Part shown: positions 61,011-64,000 of the stretch, one piece after another
How the letters are laid out: the number at the start of each line of letters is the position of its first letter
How positions within the stretch are numbered: the first letter of the stretch is position 1
DNA from: Felis catus
Lineage: Eukaryota
DNA length: 64,000 nucleotides
Assembly: GCF_018350175.1 (NCBI RefSeq)
Contig: NC_058368.1
Span: 206,896,001 to 206,960,000 of the forward strand
Reading direction: 5' to 3'
Made by a program: the position numbers and the translations under genes
The notes under the pieces: model-generated
What the model saw: only the letters and a program-made list of their open reading frames with translations
Database searches by the model: none
Told to the model about the DNA's origin: nothing

Positions 61011-61230
61011 GGGGCACTTGGGTGCCTCAGTCGGTTAAGCCTCCAACTCTTGATTTTAGCTCCAGTCATGATCTCATGGTTGGTGAGTTCAAGTCCCATG
61101 TTGGGCTCTGTGCTGACAGTGTGGAGCTTGCTTGAGATTTTCTGTCTCTCCTTCTGTCTCTGTCCCTCCCCTGCTCGCACTCTCTCTCTCTCTCTCAAAA
61201 TAAATAAACATTAATAAAAATAAAAAAATA
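61011..61230 (+). mobile_element. Can-SINE
   Basis: GGGGCACTTGGGTGCCTCAGTCGG head, (CT)n and A tail; TSD unclear. Confidence 0.92.
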
Positions 61231-62299
61231 ATATATTCATGAGAAATGACTACTAAAATTAATTCTACATACTTATGATTAAAATGTACCTACAGAGAAT
61301 ATACAGTAGGCAGAAATGTAAATGACAGTTTCAGGGATGCTGCATTTATGCTGTGGTTATCTATTTTTCTACAGAATTGGAAAAGTTAAGGTAGTGAGGT
61401 ATTGAGCTTTTAATCTGCTTGAGAGTTATTTTGCATACAAATATATTAGCTTCCTTCTAACTTGAGAATAATTTAGATAAATTTATATGAAATATTGAAC
61501 AAGTAGAAAGGAATATTTAGTGCTATACGAATTTAGGGTACTTTTTTGTTGTGCGAAGAGACTTGATAGTAACAAAGATGTCAATACCCTCATTTTGGAA
61601 AGGCTCAACCTCTCCTGACATGCATCACCATCTCTATGATGATGACTATCACCTTGGGATAGCCACTCCTTCCTGTTCTGCACCCTATATTCAACTCACT
61701 CTAGATATCTTCACTTGAATATACTTTTATCCTTTAGGCATAGCACTAGGAACTGAGAGCTTTTCCTGAGCTTTGGGAAACTTTGAGACTGGAAAAAAAC
61801 ATGTCACCAAGGTATGAAAAAGAAAACATCAATATCAAAACAATACATGGTATGATGTCAACTATTCTGATAGCCACAAGCCAGACATCACAATGTTTTA
61901 AGAAAATTGTATTTAATGTGAAATGAGTACATTTTGGACTTTTTGTTACCATGTAGGATATGATTTCCAAAAGTAAGACTAACTAGTATTGATGAATGGC
62001 CTTTAATGACTTTTGCTCAAATCCAAAATAGTGAAACAATTCTCGACTTCCTCTTTCACAACGTTCTTACTCATTGCTCTCTCGTGGCATACACACCAGT
62101 GTAGCACCCAGAAGTCTGGCCTCCAGAACTGGAAAACTAAAACCACACTCCCCTTGCATATATCTAAACATTCTCTCCCAGTCTCTCCAGAACACAATGC
62201 CTTTTTTCCATTCTGCCTGGCTCTTCTTTAGTTTAGGTCCTCATCTTTCCTAACTGTGAGGATGTGGGCTCTAGGTTTCTAGACTCAATTCCTTTTGCC

Positions 62300-62488
62300 C
62301 TAGTAGTTTTCATACTTTACTATCAACAGCACATGGGGTGCTTTATAAAAACAAGGATTTATAAGCTCCATTTACCAGTTAGACTGTGATTCAGTTCATT
62401 TTGGATGCTGCTTGGGAACCTGATGGCTAATTTGTCTTTTAAAAATCTCCCCAGGTGATTTTGACCCATGCATTGAGAAACATTGCCA
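62300..62488. mobile_element. MER5-type hAT-Charlie MITE
   Basis: TAGTAGTTTTCA...TCTCCCCAGGTGATTTTGA...TTGAGAAACATTG. Confidence 0.65.
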
Positions 62489-62539
62489 AATTCCTTGCCC
62501 AGGAAATAACGAACTTTTTCCCCCCAGAGCACCTATTTA

Positions 62540-62975
62540 ATTTTTGCAGCTTACAATAATGCATTGCATTCAGAGTAAAGATCTGTCTTCTCAGAATGAT
62601 GCTCAAGGCTCTCTGTGCTTTAACACTTGCCCGTATCTCATACTAGTTTTCCAATACAGGGAAACTGCTTCTTATTCTATTTCACATACTCTTTACCTGG
62701 CCTGAAACTTCTCTTTCTTCAAGGCCCAGGTCAAGTGACACTCTTGCCTGGTCTTTCCTGATTTGTCTAGTCTGGATTAGGAAAGATTAGGTACTTTCCT
62801 TCAGTTGCACTCATGCACATTTCTACTGGTCTCAAAATATTTGGTCTGTTTAAGTCTCTGTCTTCTATACTAGTTTATGAGCTCCTGGGCAGTAGGGACT
62901 ATTTATTGACTGTTTAAATAGAAGCATCTAGCATACAGCCTGGAAGCTACTCAGTGCTCAATAAATCAAATGAAA
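62540..62975 (+). mobile_element. L2 3' end
   Basis: CTTCAAGGCCCAGGTCAAGTGACAC...TGAGCTCCTGGGCAGTAGGGACT...CTAGCATACAGCCTGG...GTGCTCAATAAAT. Confidence 0.78.
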
Positions 62976-63062
62976 ATTTTCAAAAATTAAAGTTAATTAA
63001 TCTGGTCCTCTTACGTTATGTCCTTATATGCTTAGAGAATTACAGAAAAGGAACACTGGCCA

Positions 63063-63290
63063 TGGTCTATAGGCTAGATTATGCCAAGGTAACTATTTAA
63101 CTTCCAAATCTCAATAGCTTAACTCAGTAAAGGTTTAGTTTTTGTTCGTGTTACATATACAATGCAGGTTGGTTTAGGGTTTTTTGTTTTTTTGAGGTTT
63201 TTTGAGTTTTTGTTTTGTTTTGTTTTGTTTTTGTCTCATATGGCTACTCAAAAGCCCAAGCAGACAGGTGATGTGACATTTCAGCATAAG
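63063..63290 (-). mobile_element. Old MaLR LTR (MLT1K/L-like) fragment
   Basis: AGGCTAGATTATGCCAAGGTAAC...CCAAATCTCAATAGCTTAAC...AAAGGTTTA. Confidence 0.55.
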
Positions 63291-63835
63291 GCATCAAAGT
63301 TTACTTAGGAAGTTTCTTTTGACTATTTTAATATACATGACCCATGCCACTTTTTTTTCATGATCTATAAGCTAGAACTTGTGACACCTACTCATTAATA
63401 TTCAGTGAAGAGTAAATTTCTCTGCCACAAGACTTTATGTAAGGAATTTCAAATCTCCCTCTAACTGAGCCCACAATCTATTTGGAGCCATCTTTCTTGA
63501 CGTTGGCTGTCTGTATTGTTTACATACATTGAAGACTTAGAAATCAATAAATCAGAACTGTCTCAATTTGAAACTCTTCTAAATTATTTCATTTATGAAA
63601 GGTAATCAGGGAAGGAAAGAATAGTGTAATTATTAATTTCCTTTGGTTACATTTTTATTTAAAATAGATAGAATTAGTAAAACCTGCCAGCACTTTGTAT
63701 TCAGTTTTATATTTTTCATTTTTTATTCAAGCTAAGTTTACTGATCCTATTTTTTGTGTTTAATTTGTATGCCTTTATGTGATGAAGTATGAAATTTATA
63801 CCAAGCACATTCAGTCCCTCAATATAAGGATCTTG

Positions 63836-64000
63836 GGGGATGCCTGGGTGGCTCAGTAGGTTAAGCATCCAACTTCGGCTCAGGTCATAATCTCATGGTT
63901 CGTGAGTTCCAGCTCCATGTCGGGCTCTGTGCTGACAGCTCAGAGCCCAGAGCCTACTTCGGGTTATGTGTCTCCCTCTCTCTCTGCCCCTCCTCTGCTC
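63836..64000 (+). mobile_element. Can-SINE running off the window end
   Basis: GGGGATGCCTGGGTGGCTCAG head through start of (CT)n. Confidence 0.94.

Noticed and set aside
176..61198. Many 60-130 aa ORFs such as MAQSVK...SLEPASDSVSPSLS, ERERERE and FLSFFLSF
   Set aside because: They are translations of Can-SINE bodies, L1 3'UTRs and microsatellites, not genes.
1..64000. tRNA genes, CRISPR arrays, CpG-island promoter, intact ERV or L1, or a novel multi-gene system
   Set aside because: The tRNA-like A/B boxes all belong to SINE heads. There is no repeat-spacer array, no extended CpG-rich region and no long ORF; all L1s are short 3' fragments and all LTRs are solo or partial.

Overview
AT-rich mammalian genomic DNA from a felid (cat family). 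The identification rests on about 31 tRNA-derived Can-SINEs with felid SINEC_Fc-type bodies, (CT)n stretches and A-tails, plus carnivore/felid L1 3' fragments. The background contains older eutherian repeats: MIR, L2, L1M, MaLR/ERVL/ERV1 LTRs and hAT-Charlie MITEs. I found no protein-coding exon, RNA gene or CpG island that I can support. The ORF track is explained by SINE/L1/microsatellite sequence or by chance, apart from L1 ORF2 C-terminal remnants (41702-42151 and 27962-28162). The strong minus-strand bias of L1s suggests, as inference only, an intron of a + strand gene. The best observations are retrotransposition mechanics read directly from target-site duplications (TSDs): an L1 3' transduction (32055-32660), a solo ERV1 LTR carrying three nested insertions including a SINE dimer with one shared TSD (7893-9599), an inverted SINE-in-SINE (55507-55971) and a head-to-head SINE pair 39 bp apart (10591-11045). 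I see no evidence for a new biological system. Repeat subfamily names come from recalled consensus sequences and need RepeatMasker/Dfam confirmation.
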